From the NCBI GenBank assembly GCA_036336835.1, contig JAYZFK010000006.1, positions 19,217 through 83,216 of the forward strand: a DNA stretch of 64,000 nucleotides, in the 5' to 3' direction. This stretch comes from Myxococcota bacterium. Its GTDB lineage: Bacteria > Myxococcota_A > UBA9160 > UBA4427. The notes beneath the pieces are model-generated. The model was not told the DNA's origin and did not search any database. It saw only the letters and a list, made by a program, of their open reading frames with translations. This document shows, piece by piece, positions 9,189 to 18,761 of this stretch. Every line of letters begins with the position of its first letter. Within the stretch, counting starts at the first letter, position 1. The translations under genes and the position numbers were made by a program.

Positions 9189-11236
9189 CAGCCCCGGCGC
9201 CCCCGTTGCGGCGACCTGGTTTGCGCTCGGCTCTCGCCAAAGCGCACGCTCACGCTTCGCTCGCCGGCTGCGAGGACGGTTCCGGGGGCCGGCCACTGCT
9301 CGATCACGCGGCCCGATCCCGAAGCGTGGAGATCGAGCGCGTGCGCCGCCGTGATCTGCCTCACCTCCGGGAGCGAGTACCCGCCCAGGTCGGGAACGAA
9401 GACGCGGTCGCCAATGCGCGCGACCTCGAGCGAGGCGGGGATAGCGATCGGCTCGTGGGGCCTCGGCGGTGCAACGCGTTGCGCGCGCGGCTCGGCTGCG
9501 GGTTCAGGGCTGCGGGCCAACATCGTCGAGTTGAGATCGGGCTCGTATGGCAGCGGTTCCGGCTGCGTGATGATGCCCAGATGGGCGAGCTGGGCCGCGG
9601 CGACGCGCGCGAACAGCGGTGCTGCGGCGGCGCCGCCCGTGTGCGGTTGGCCGGGCTCGTCGAGCGCCACCGTCAGGATCAGACGCGGTGCCTCGGCGGG
9701 GACGGCGCCGACGAACCAGGCGATGTAGTCGTCGCTGTAGCGGTGTGTGTTGGGGTCGAGCTTCTGGGCCGTGCCAGTCTTGCCGGCCACCGAGACACTG
9801 GCGAGCCCGGCCAGCCGGCCAGTGCCGCGCGAGCTCACGACCCCGCTCATCATGTCGAGGACCGCGTCTGCTGTGTCGCGCGACACGACCCGCCGCGTCT
9901 TCGTGGGCCCCGCGTACAGCCAGTCGGACTCCGGAGCGCGGCGTGCGAGTACCAGCCGCGGGGCGCGCCACACGCCGCCCGCCGCAAGGGCGGCGGTCGC
10001 CGCCGCGAGCTGGATCGGTGTAGCGCTGATGCCCTGACCGAAGGAAATCGTCGCGTGGTCGAGCGGCTTCCACTTGCGCCACGGCCGCACCAGCCCGGCC
10101 GACTCTCCTGGGAAGCCGTTGCCCGTGCGCTCGCCGAAGCCGAACTTCCGGAGCATCGCGTGGTGGGCCTCGCGTCCGATCCGTTGTCCGACGATCACGG
10201 CTGCGACATTGCTCGAGACGCGCAGCATGCCGCCGAGGTCGAGCGTTCCGAGATCGCGGCGGTCGCTGATCGTCTTGCCCGGCAGCGCGATCGCGCCGCC
10301 CAGGGTGTCGATCGGCTCGTCGCGCCCGACCGCGCCCGTCTCGAGCGCAGCCGCCGCCAGGAAGATCTTGAGTGTCGATCCGGGCTCGCTGGCGGCCTCG
10401 AACGCGGCGGCGCCCGTCTCGCGATAGGGCATCGTGCGAAAGTGATTCGGGTCGAAGCCCGGTGCCTGGGCCAGGGCCAGGATGTCGCCCGTCGCGGCGT
10501 CGAGCGTGATGATGGTGCCCCCGCGCGCACCGGTCTGCTCGATGGCCTCGTCCAGCGCGTTCTCGGCCTCCGCCTGCAGGCTGACGTCGATGGTGAGCGC
10601 GATGTCACCGCCGGCTGCGTCGCTCGGTCGCAGCGGTGCACGCGCCAGCAGCTGTCCGCCTCCGTCGCGCTCGACCGGGACGACCAGCCGGCTGCCCGAG
10701 AGCCAGTCGTTCTCCGCCTGCTCGATGCCGCGGACTCCCCGGCCGTCGATGTTGGCGAACCCGAGGAGTCCGCCCGCGAGATCTCCGGCGGGGTAGGCCC
10801 GCTTCGGCTCGGCGACCAGTCCGACGCCGGCCAGACCCAGACGAGCGACACGGTGCGCCTGCTCCTCGGAGACCCAGCGCGCCAGGTAGGTGAACCCGGT
10901 GCGGCCGTCGAGTCGCTCGTCGAGCGTTGCCTGCGGCGTGCCCAGCGCGCCCGCTAGCGCAACGCGGGCGGAGGCGTCGAGCTCGCGTGCAATCGCATAC
11001 ACGCTGGGGGCGCTGACCGTGATGGCGAGCTCCTTGCCGCGCCGGTCGTAGACGACGCCGCGCGCGGGCGGCAGCTCGAAGCGCGAGTAGACCTGGCGGC
11101 CCCACAGGTCGTATCCCTGGTCGTCGATCACCGTCAGGTGTGCGGCACGCGCGGCGAGAACCAGGAACACGCCCAGGCCGAGCGCGCGGATTGCCCCGAC
11201 GCGGGTCGCGGCCGCACGCAGCTCGGCCGACCTCAC
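9188..11236 (-). CDS. ftsI: Division transpeptidase PBP3 with C-terminal PASTA-like domain
   Basis: RGVVYDR, EPGSTLK (SxxK), SSN, KTGTAQ; C-terminal VPDLGG...VIEQWP. Confidence 0.95.
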   Translation of the reverse strand: MRSAELRAAATRVGAIRALGLGVFLVLAARAAHLTVIDDQGYDLWGRQVYSRFELPPARGVVYDRRGKELAITVSAPSVYAIARELDASARVALAGALGTPQATLDERLDGRTGFTYLARWVSEEQAHRVARLGLAGVGLVAEPKRAYPAGDLAGGLLGFANIDGRGVRGIEQAENDWLSGSRLVVPVERDGGGQLLARAPLRPSDAAGGDIALTIDVSLQAEAENALDEAIEQTGARGGTIITLDAATGDILALAQAPGFDPNHFRTMPYRETGAAAFEAASEPGSTLKIFLAAAALETGAVGRDEPIDTLGGAIALPGKTISDRRDLGTLDLGGMLRVSSNVAAVIVGQRIGREAHHAMLRKFGFGERTGNGFPGESAGLVRPWRKWKPLDHATISFGQGISATPIQLAAATAALAAGGVWRAPRLVLARRAPESDWLYAGPTKTRRVVSRDTADAVLDMMSGVVSSRGTGRLAGLASVSVAGKTGTAQKLDPNTHRYSDDYIAWFVGAVPAEAPRLILTVALDEPGQPHTGGAAAAPLFARVAAAQLAHLGIITQPEPLPYEPDLNSTMLARSPEPAAEPRAQRVAPPRPHEPIAIPASLEVARIGDRVFVPDLGGYSLPEVRQITAAHALDLHASGSGRVIEQWPAPGTVLAAGERSVSVRFGESRAQTRSPQRGRRG

Positions 11237-11592
11237 GGCCGACGCTCCTCTGCGTCGGGCGCTCGAACGTCGGGCAGGTCGATCACGCGGTCGGGCCGCG
11301 CGAAGCCGCGCTCGGCGGCTCGCTGCGTGAGCAGGCGCGGCTCGCGCAGCTGCCGCATCCGTACCGTCAGGTCGCGCTGCTGCGCGTCGAGTGCGCTCTC
11401 GCGCTCGAGCTGGTGCGACAGCTCGTAGCGCAGCTTCAAGACCTCGGTGCGCAATGCCACTAGCCCGAAGGCGCCGACGAACACTGCGAGCAGCGCAGAG
11501 AGCAGCATGCGCGGCAAGCGACTCCTTTCGAGGGCGGCGAAGTCTCGGCCGACGATTGTGCGCACCGGGGCGCGACGACGTCGTCTCGCCAT
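11233..11592 (-). CDS. ftsL: Cell division protein FtsL-like
   Basis: Short basic N-terminus, single TM, coiled coil; between rsmH and ftsI with overlapping start/stop codons. Confidence 0.8.
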   Translation of the reverse strand: MARRRRRAPVRTIVGRDFAALERSRLPRMLLSALLAVFVGAFGLVALRTEVLKLRYELSHQLERESALDAQQRDLTVRMRQLREPRLLTQRAAERGFARPDRVIDLPDVRAPDAEERRP

Positions 11593-12554
11593 CAGGCGGC
11601 CTCCTCTGTGAGCCGTCGTGCCGAGCGCAGGCGCGCCGAGCGCGACCGCGGGTTGTGCGCGATCTCCTCTTCCCGGGGCCGGATCGGCTTGCGAGTCACG
11701 ATGCTCAGGCGTGGGCGGCGCCCGCAGGCGCACACGGGCACGTGGGGCGGGCACACGCAGCCCTTCTCCTCGCGTCGCAGGTGATGCTTGACGATGCGGT
11801 CCTCGAGCGAGTGATAGGCGAGCACCACGAGGTGACCGCCCGGGCGCAGCACGGCGATCGCGGCCTCGAGGCCATCGCGCAGCGCACCCAGCTCGTCGTT
11901 CACGGCGATCCGCAGCGCCTGGAACACGAGCGTTGCCGGGTTGTGTTTGCGGCCTCCGCCGACGCGCGCCTCGCGCACGGCGCGCAGCAGATCGGCGGCC
12001 GTTTCCAGCGGCTGGGTGTCGCGCTGTTCGACGATGCGGCGCGCCAGCTTGCGCGCACCGCGCAGCTCCCCGTAGTCGCGGAACCAGGTCTCGAGCTCGT
12101 CGGTCGTCGCGCGCTTCAGCAGCTGCGCGGCGCTGCGACCCGTTGATGGATCCATGCGCATGTCGAGTGGTGTGGAGGCGGCGTCGGCCTCGGCAAACCG
12201 GAAGCCGCGCTCGGCCGTGTCGAGCTGGTGCGACGACACGCCGAGATCGAGCAACACGCCGTCGACGCGGTCCACCCCCTCGGCCTCGAGCACGCGGTCG
12301 AGCTCGCGAAACGACGCGCGAACGAGTCGGACGCGCTCGCCGAAGCGCTCGAGCTGCTCTCGGGCCGCGCCCAGGGCGTCTGCGTCGAGGTCGAGGCCGA
12401 TCAGCAGCCCGTCGGGTGCCGTGCGTTCCAGGATGGCCGATGCATGACCGCCGCCGCCTAGCGTGCCGTCGAGGACGACAGCGCCCGGGTCCAGGTGCAG
12501 GTGGGAGAGGACATCATCGAGCAGGACAGGCTCGTGTCGAAACCGGCTGACCAC
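11592..12554 (-). CDS. rsmH: 16S rRNA m4C1402 methyltransferase (MraW)
   Basis: HEPVLL, DGTLGGGGH, DLGVSSHQLD, LDMRMD, FQALRIAVN, HSLEDRIVK, NPRSRSA; GTG start inferred. Confidence 0.96.
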   Translation of the reverse strand: MVSRFRHEPVLLDDVLSHLHLDPGAVVLDGTLGGGGHASAILERTAPDGLLIGLDLDADALGAAREQLERFGERVRLVRASFRELDRVLEAEGVDRVDGVLLDLGVSSHQLDTAERGFRFAEADAASTPLDMRMDPSTGRSAAQLLKRATTDELETWFRDYGELRGARKLARRIVEQRDTQPLETAADLLRAVREARVGGGRKHNPATLVFQALRIAVNDELGALRDGLEAAIAVLRPGGHLVVLAYHSLEDRIVKHHLRREEKGCVCPPHVPVCACGRRPRLSIVTRKPIRPREEEIAHNPRSRSARLRSARRLTEEAA

Positions 12555-12610
12555 GAGAGCGGCGCGCCTCCCGCCAGACCCCTCGCGAGGTGGGCAATGG
12601 AATGACTGGT

Positions 12611-12732
12611 GAAGACGCTGGGGTGCCGCGAGACACCTGCGCGACGGCCCGTACCCCCCACAGACCGAGCCGCCACTCCCGTCGGCGTCCCGCGGACACC
12701 CCAGCTTCTCTCCCGGAGCCACGTGGCTCCGG
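12611..12732 (-). promoter_or_regulatory. Structured mraZ-rsmH intergenic element (long hairpin plus 20-bp palindrome)
   Basis: Minus strand: CTGGGGTG/CACCCCAG and CCGCGGGACGCC/GGTGTCTCGCGG stems with G-U pairs; palindrome CCGGAGCCACGTGGCTCCGG at 12713-12732. Confidence 0.55.
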
Positions 12733-12751
12733 TCCCCCCAAACCTCTGCGA

Positions 12752-13192
12752 TCAGGTGTCTGCGCTGGCCACCACGGTCGCGATCTCGTCGTATCGCGCC
12801 AGTGTCCGCTGCAGCTCCTGGTCGAACAGCGCCGTGTCCCAGATCTCGATCCGGGGTCCAACGCCGGCAATCGTTACGTCGCGCTCGAGGTGCGCGTGCT
12901 CGCGCAGGTGCTGCGGAATCAGGATCCGGCCCTGCGAGTCGAACGGGCATTCGGTGGCGCCCGATACGATGAAGCGGATATAGGCCTTGGTCTCGGGCCG
13001 GACCTGCGATTGCGCCGCCAGGTTCTCCTCGATCTCGACCCAGTCCTCATTGGCGTACAGAGCGAGGCATGCCTTGTCGTTCGTCAGAATCGGAGCGTTT
13101 TCGCTACACATCGTGATCTCTGCCCTGAACGCGGCCGGGACGCTCACGCGGCCCTTTGCATCGATCGTGTGTCTGTGCCTTCCGCGAAACAT
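12752..13192 (-). CDS. mraZ: Transcriptional regulator MraZ
   Basis: MFRG..IDAKGRVSVP, DSQGRILIP, RIEIWD. Confidence 0.97.
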   Translation of the reverse strand: MFRGRHRHTIDAKGRVSVPAAFRAEITMCSENAPILTNDKACLALYANEDWVEIEENLAAQSQVRPETKAYIRFIVSGATECPFDSQGRILIPQHLREHAHLERDVTIAGVGPRIEIWDTALFDQELQRTLARYDEIATVVASADT

Positions 13193-13253
13193 CGTTTATC
13201 TTTGGGGACCAGGTCGATGTGGGTACGGACCGCTCGGTCGTTGGTCTGTTGTG

Positions 13254-13279
13254 CCACTTAATACCACTTTGCCCCACTT
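13254..13279 (-). promoter_or_regulatory. MraZ operator: three AAGTGG direct repeats at 10-bp period
   Basis: CCACTT at 13254, 13264 and 13274 on the plus strand, about 60-90 bp upstream of mraZ. Confidence 0.8.
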
Positions 13280-13444
13280 GGAGAACTTGTACCGCGACTC
13301 CCCAGGCTCGGCAACCGGAAAAGAGAAGAAACTTCGTCTTTCCTCGTTGTTGTTCCCCTACGACACAGTGAAGTTGCACGAGATGCCCGCGAAGCTGTCG
13401 CGTTCGCGGCGGGCCCCGGTCGCGTCACCAGCCGGGCGGCCCGG

Positions 13445-14500
13445 TCAGCTCGCGCCGATGCCCGGGTAGTGCGCCGCGTGAACGGCTGCGACGCGATCGA
13501 CGACCGAACGAAGTCGGCAGCCGGGCGGTGCGTCGATCGTCGCAGGGAGCGCCGTCTTCGTTTCGAGCGCGGCGTCGAGCACGGCGCTCGTGCCGTCGAC
13601 CAATCCGCTCGGCGCATAACCACCCTCGAGTACGAAGCACACGCGTCCGTTGCACAGCTCGTCGGCGAGCGCGCAAACGATGCGCGTCAGCGCAGTGAAC
13701 CCCTCGCGCGACAGCTCCATCGAGGCGAGCGGGTCGTCCCGGTGTGCGTCGAAGCCGCATGACACCAGGATCATCTGGGGTGCGTAGTCGCACGCCGCAG
13801 GAACCAGCAGACGCTGGAATGCACCGACGTACTCGGTGTCGCCGCAGCCGGCCGGCAAGGGGATGTTCAGGGTCGTGCCGAGTCCGCGGCCGCGGCCGGC
13901 TTCGCTTGCGTCGCCCGTCCCCGGGTAGTAGGGGAACTGGTGCGTCGAGACGTACAGCACCGTGGGATCGTCCTCGAAGCTGTGCTGCGTTCCGTTCCCG
14001 TGGTGGACATCCCAGTCGAGCACGAGCAGCTTGTCGAGGCCGGCGTCGGCCTGGAGGGCGCGCGCGGCGATCGCGACGTTGTTGAGCAGACAGAAGCCCA
14101 TCGCCCGATCGGCCTCGGCGTGGTGACCTGGTGGGCGCACTGCGGCGATCCCGCGTCGCGCGGTGCCGCGAGCGACGCGACTCGCGAGCTCGACCGCCCC
14201 CCCGGCCGCGAGCAGTGCCACCTCGTGGCTGCGCGGCGAGACGTAGGTGTCGGCGTCGAGCTGTACGGGGGCCCGTGCCGCAGCCGCTTCGAGCCGGCGC
14301 AGGTGGGGTTCGTCGTGGACACGCAGGATTTCCGTGTCGGAGGCGGGGCGCGGTGGCACCGTGACGAGCTGGTCGCGCCGACGGTCGAGGGCCGCACCGA
14401 CCGCCTCGAGCCGATCGGGGGCCTCGGGGTGTCCGGGTGGGGCCGCGTGGTCCCGGTAACGGGAATCCTCGACCACGTGAATCGCGGCACTCGGCTCCAT
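13445..14500 (-). CDS. Histone deacetylase family amidohydrolase
   Basis: HPE.P.R, RPPGHHA, MGFC, DWDVHHGNGTQ, GFDAH..D, LEGGY. Confidence 0.95.
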   Translation of the reverse strand: MEPSAAIHVVEDSRYRDHAAPPGHPEAPDRLEAVGAALDRRRDQLVTVPPRPASDTEILRVHDEPHLRRLEAAAARAPVQLDADTYVSPRSHEVALLAAGGAVELASRVARGTARRGIAAVRPPGHHAEADRAMGFCLLNNVAIAARALQADAGLDKLLVLDWDVHHGNGTQHSFEDDPTVLYVSTHQFPYYPGTGDASEAGRGRGLGTTLNIPLPAGCGDTEYVGAFQRLLVPAACDYAPQMILVSCGFDAHRDDPLASMELSREGFTALTRIVCALADELCNGRVCFVLEGGYAPSGLVDGTSAVLDAALETKTALPATIDAPPGCRLRSVVDRVAAVHAAHYPGIGAS

Positions 14501-14555
14501 GGCGAGCGATCATATCGGAGCGCGGCAGCCAGGCGTCGCGCGCAGGGGTGCTTGG

Positions 14556-15512
14556 GTGCGGATTGCGATCACGGGTCTCGGCACGTTTCTCGGCCAGCAC
14601 CTGGTCCAGCGGCTGCAGAGCCGGAAGGATCCGCCCACCGTCGTCGGTCTCGATCTGAAACGACCGCTGCGGCTCGCAGGCGACATTTGCTTCCACGACA
14701 TCGATCTGACCGATCCGGTTGCCGATACTCGGCTCGCCGAGATCTTGCGCGCGGAGCGGGTCGAGGCGGTGGTGCACCTGGCATTCCGGCGCTTTCCATC
14801 GCGCGCGATCGAGTACGACCACGATCTGGAGACGCTCGGCAGTCTTCACGTGATGAGCGCGTGCGCGGCGGCAAAGGTGCGGCGGCTCGTGGTTCAGTCG
14901 ACGACGATGGCGTACGGCGCGCGCCCCGACAATCCCAACTTCCTCGCCGAGTCGCATCCGCTGCGCGGTCACCCGGGTGCGCACAATGTGCAGAACCGCG
15001 TTGCGGTCGAGGAGATCCTGCGCGATTGGAGTCCGCGGCATCCGGAGCTGGAGCTGAGCGTGCTGCGTCACTGCTGGGTGATGGGGCCGAGCTACTTCGA
15101 TCGAACCGTCGAGTTCTTCGAGGCGCAGCGGATTCCGACGGTGCTGGGCTGCGATCCGTTGCTGCAGTTCGTGCACGAGGAGGATCTGCTCGACGTCTTC
15201 GAGCGCGCCGCCGTCGAGTCGCATCCGGGTGTCTTCAACGTGGTGGGACGAGGCGTCGTGCCACTGTCGACGTTGCTCGCTCAGGCGGGCAAGCGCGCGC
15301 TGCCGGTTCCGCGCGGGCTGCTGTATCGGGCGGCGTGGCTTGCCTCGCAGAGCGCGAGTGGAGATCCACCGGAGGGATTCTTCGACTACCTTCGATACCT
15401 GTGGGTGGCCGACGGTGAGCTCGGCTGGGCCGAGTTCGGCGAGCCGCTCTACACCACCGGCGAGGCGTGGAGTGCCTTCGTCGGCTCGCGCCGGATGCGC
15501 CGCTACCGATGA
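14556..15512 (+). CDS. NAD-dependent epimerase/dehydratase (extended SDR)
   Basis: IAITGLGTFLG, VVHLAF, QFVHEED, GVFNV; GTG start inferred. Confidence 0.88.
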   Translation: MRIAITGLGTFLGQHLVQRLQSRKDPPTVVGLDLKRPLRLAGDICFHDIDLTDPVADTRLAEILRAERVEAVVHLAFRRFPSRAIEYDHDLETLGSLHVMSACAAAKVRRLVVQSTTMAYGARPDNPNFLAESHPLRGHPGAHNVQNRVAVEEILRDWSPRHPELELSVLRHCWVMGPSYFDRTVEFFEAQRIPTVLGCDPLLQFVHEEDLLDVFERAAVESHPGVFNVVGRGVVPLSTLLAQAGKRALPVPRGLLYRAAWLASQSASGDPPEGFFDYLRYLWVADGELGWAEFGEPLYTTGEAWSAFVGSRRMRRYR

Positions 15513-15537
15513 GGGCGCCGGGGAGGCCCCGATCCGC

Positions 15538-16524
15538 ATGAGCGATCCGACCGACAACGTCGTGCCGTTTCCGTCGCGCGAGCGGGGGGACGATCGCGAG
15601 CTCCGCGCTGCGTTGCGCGACCTGCGCAGCGAGATCGACCGGCGCTTCCAGGCCGCGGCCTCGCACGAGCGCGACCAGACGTTCGACTGGATCCAGCTGT
15701 TCGACGAGCTGCGCCATCGGCTCGGGACGGCCGGGGTGGCCGAGCGCTCCAGCGAGGTCGACGAGTTCGGGTTCGATGTGCTGACGCTCGTGCGCTCGCG
15801 CGTTCTGCTCGACTTCCTGGTCGATCGCTACTGGCGGGTCGATCTGCAGGGCGAGGCGGCGTTGCCCGCGGATGGTCCCGTATTGTTCGTCGCGAACCAC
15901 TCCGGGCTGTTTCCGTGGGATGGACTCGTCTTCGCGCAGTGTCTGCAGCGCGAGCGCCCAGCGTGGCAGCGGACGCGCTTCCTGGTGGCGGACTGGCTGG
16001 TGACGCTGCCCTTCGCGCAGCCGCTGCTGGCCCGTTTCGGCGGCGTCCGCGCCTGTCGCGAGAACACCGATCGGTTGCTGCGCCGGGGCAGATCGGTGCT
16101 CGCTTTTCCGGAGGGTGAGAAGGGCGCCGCCAAGGACTTTCGTCGGCGTTACCAGCTGCAGCGCTTCGGTCGCGGCGGCGCCGTGCGTGCGGCGCTCGAG
16201 TGCGGGGTGCCGCTCGTTCCCGTCGGCATCGTCGGCGCCGAAGAGACCCATCCGATCCTGTTCAAATCCCGCCTGGCGGGCCGCGCGACGGGGCTCCCGT
16301 TCTTGCCGGTGACCCCGACATTCCCACTGCTGGGCCCGCTCGGCCTGCTGCCGCTGCCGGCCAAGTGGAGCATCGAGATCGGCGAGCCGCTCGAACTCGT
16401 CGGCATCGACGCCTGCGCCGCACAGGACGAGCTCTACGTCTCGCGGATGAACGAGCAGCTCCGGGCGCGGGTCCGCGAGCTGGTGGCTCGCGGCCTCGAG
16501 CGCCGCAGCTCCGCCTGGACCTAG
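15538..16524 (+). CDS. Lysophospholipid/PlsC-DGAT-like acyltransferase
   Basis: VDEFG.D, VANHSGLFPWD, FPEG, VPVGIVGAEE, LLPLPAKW. Confidence 0.9.
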   Translation: MSDPTDNVVPFPSRERGDDRELRAALRDLRSEIDRRFQAAASHERDQTFDWIQLFDELRHRLGTAGVAERSSEVDEFGFDVLTLVRSRVLLDFLVDRYWRVDLQGEAALPADGPVLFVANHSGLFPWDGLVFAQCLQRERPAWQRTRFLVADWLVTLPFAQPLLARFGGVRACRENTDRLLRRGRSVLAFPEGEKGAAKDFRRRYQLQRFGRGGAVRAALECGVPLVPVGIVGAEETHPILFKSRLAGRATGLPFLPVTPTFPLLGPLGLLPLPAKWSIEIGEPLELVGIDACAAQDELYVSRMNEQLRARVRELVARGLERRSSAWT

Positions 16525-17099
16525 GAATCCGTCTCTTCCTCATCCGGCGAGTCGAGTCGCTCGAGAGCGCGCGCGACGCGCTGGAGGTTGCGGTTGAGGG
16601 CGTCGATGTCGGATCGGCGGGGGAGGTCGAGTAGCTTGAACACCCGCTCGACCGCGTTCTCGACCATGCGGTCGACGTCGGGCGAGGTATAGGCCTTCCA
16701 GTCGGCCCAGCGTCCGCCGTCTTCACCCTCGCTGCCTTCGCGGGCCTCGTTGGCCCCGTGCTCGGCTCGCGCCACGAAGCGGCGCAGGCGGTCCTGCATG
16801 TCCTCGAAGTTGTCGCTGGCGTCGTCGACGCCCTTGCGGAGCGCTTCGTAGAGCGCATCGCCGCCCTTGCCGAGGATCTGCGATAGCAGTCCGCTCGGGG
16901 CGTCGGCGTTCGCCCGCTCGCTGTCGACCAGGATCTGGGACAACGCGACCTTGGTGATGTCCTCGCCTGTCTCGTTGTCGACCACGCGCACTTCGGTGCC
17001 GCTCTCGAGCAGCTCGGCGATCCCCTTGAGTGTGATGTAGCGGCTGGTTGCCGTGTTGTAGAGCTTGCGATTGGCGTAACGCTTGATCAGGGTCGGCAT
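16521..17099 (-). CDS. PHA synthesis regulator (PhaR-type) DNA-binding domain protein with phasin-like C-terminus
   Basis: IKRYANRKLYNTATSRYITL..VVDNETGEDIT; C-terminal LDLPRRSDIDALNRNLQRV. Confidence 0.88.
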   Translation of the reverse strand: MPTLIKRYANRKLYNTATSRYITLKGIAELLESGTEVRVVDNETGEDITKVALSQILVDSERANADAPSGLLSQILGKGGDALYEALRKGVDDASDNFEDMQDRLRRFVARAEHGANEAREGSEGEDGGRWADWKAYTSPDVDRMVENAVERVFKLLDLPRRSDIDALNRNLQRVARALERLDSPDEEETDS

Positions 17100-17127
17100 C
17101 GCGGGTCTGGCACTCCCAGGGTCGTTC

Positions 17128-17610
17128 TCATCCGTGCACGCGGATGCGCTGCACGCGGGGATCGTCGTCTGCGGACCGATCCGTCTGGAGATCGTTCTCC
17201 TGGTCGTCGGTCCCGGTCCGGTCCGCACCGCGCACGCCCAGCTCCCAGAGCAGCTCGCGCAGGCCGAGGAACGCGCGCAACACCGCCCGCGCATCGGGAT
17301 CGTGGTCGGCGCGTCGCTCCCAGCGCGCGATCTCGGCGTCCAGTGCTTCGGCGAGCGCTCCGATCAGCGGCGCCGTGTACGCCTGAGACGCCTCACCGCT
17401 TCGCGTGAGCTGGGCCTCGAGCTCCTCGAGAATGCGCGCCAGCGCCGCGAATCCGGTGCTCGACCCGGCTGGGCCTCGCGCCGCCACGAGCGAGACGGCA
17501 TCGAGCATTGCACGACACGCCGCGAGTGCCTCGGCGAGCGCGTTGCGCGCGTGCGAGGCGGCCCGCCCGAGGGCTTGCTCCACGCTGTCGGGGGGCGGGG
17601 ACGGACTCAC
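17128..17610 (-). CDS. Hypothetical helical protein
   Basis: GTGA overlap with the upstream ATPase stop; amphipathic helices; no family recognised. Confidence 0.7.
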   Translation of the reverse strand: MSPSPPPDSVEQALGRAASHARNALAEALAACRAMLDAVSLVAARGPAGSSTGFAALARILEELEAQLTRSGEASQAYTAPLIGALAEALDAEIARWERRADHDPDARAVLRAFLGLRELLWELGVRGADRTGTDDQENDLQTDRSADDDPRVQRIRVHG

Positions 17611-18761
17611 GACCCGGTGAACAGCTCGGCGATTGCGTCGAGCCCCCCGAGGTCGTGCACGTCGCCGGGAAGCTCCGGCAAGACGTGGAAGGCCCAGCCG
17701 CGGCGCCGCGCGCGCCCCTCCAACGGTGCGAGAGTCTCGCGATCGAGCATCACTTGCGAAGCGTATCCTGTAGCCAGCTCGATCGCTGCACGCGCTCCGG
17801 CGTCTGCGGGCGATTGGTCCAGGGCCGCCTCGAGCGCGGCGAGCTCGCCGGGCAGGCTGCCGTCGCTCCCCGACAGCAGCGCCAGCTCGTCCGCGTCACC
17901 GGGCCAGTGGCGCACCCGGTTCGCGATCACGCCGCCGATGCGCACCCGTGCAGCCTCCAGCTGGCTCAGGAACACATCGCCGCGCCGCACCAACTCGGGA
18001 GTCGGTCCGGTGATGAGCAGGAAGCGGCAGGCGTCGGAGCGGAGCAGCTCGCCCAGGGCCTGCGCCCTGCCGTGCAGACCGTCGGCCAGGCTCTCGGTGG
18101 CCACCAGCAGCTCGGACAGGTCCTCGAGGAAGTCGAGGCCCGATACCCGTTCGAGCACCCCGAGCACCCGCCGCCCGGCGCCTTCGAACATGCGCAGCCC
18201 GAAGCGGCCGGCGCTCAGCGTCGGCTTCACGAGCAGGGAGACGATCCGGCTCTCGAGGAAGCCCGCGATGCGCCCGGGAGCCTCGAGGAAGTCGAGCGCG
18301 TGCTCGGCGGGCGGTGTGTCGACGACGAGCAGGTCGTAACGCGGGTCGTCCGCAATCTCGTACACGCGTTCCATCGCCGCGTACTCCGCGCTTCCCGCGA
18401 TCGAGCCGACGATCTGCTGATAGAGCGGATTGCCCAGGATCCGTTCGCGGGTTGCTGCGTCGGGTGCGAAGCGGTCGACGAGTCGATCGAACGTACGCCG
18501 ACTGTCGAGTGCGAACACGTGCAGCGAGCCGTCGCCGTCGTTCGTGGTCACTTCGCGGGCCTCGTCGTCGTCTGGCGTGATGCCGAGCGCGTCGGCCAGG
18601 CGTCGAGCCGGATCGATCGTCAGCACCGCGACGTGCCGTCCCTGTCTCGCCGCGCGCCGGGCCAGCGCCGCCGAACAGGTCGTCTTGCCCACGCCGCCCG
18701 TGCCCGTGCAGATCAGCACCCGGTGCCCGTCGAGCAGCGCATCGATCGGGTTTGCCGTCAT
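17607..18761 (-). CDS. ArsA/Get3-family ATPase (second of pair)
   Basis: CTGTGGVGKTT, TIDPARRLADALG, VVDTPP, ALDFL; start MTANPID. Confidence 0.92.
   Translation of the reverse strand: MTANPIDALLDGHRVLICTGTGGVGKTTCSAALARRAARQGRHVAVLTIDPARRLADALGITPDDDEAREVTTNDGDGSLHVFALDSRRTFDRLVDRFAPDAATRERILGNPLYQQIVGSIAGSAEYAAMERVYEIADDPRYDLLVVDTPPAEHALDFLEAPGRIAGFLESRIVSLLVKPTLSAGRFGLRMFEGAGRRVLGVLERVSGLDFLEDLSELLVATESLADGLHGRAQALGELLRSDACRFLLITGPTPELVRRGDVFLSQLEAARVRIGGVIANRVRHWPGDADELALLSGSDGSLPGELAALEAALDQSPADAGARAAIELATGYASQVMLDRETLAPLEGRARRRGWAFHVLPELPGDVHDLGGLDAIAELFTGS

Noticed and set aside
7323..9728. 801-aa plus-strand ORF and similar long ORFs opposite the dcw genes
   Set aside because: Antisense shadows with Arg/Ala/Gly-rich low-information translation
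14498..14501. Head-to-head overlapping ATGs of the HDAC and SDR genes
   Set aside because: The SDR more plausibly starts at GTG 14556, at the Rossmann beta-1 strand
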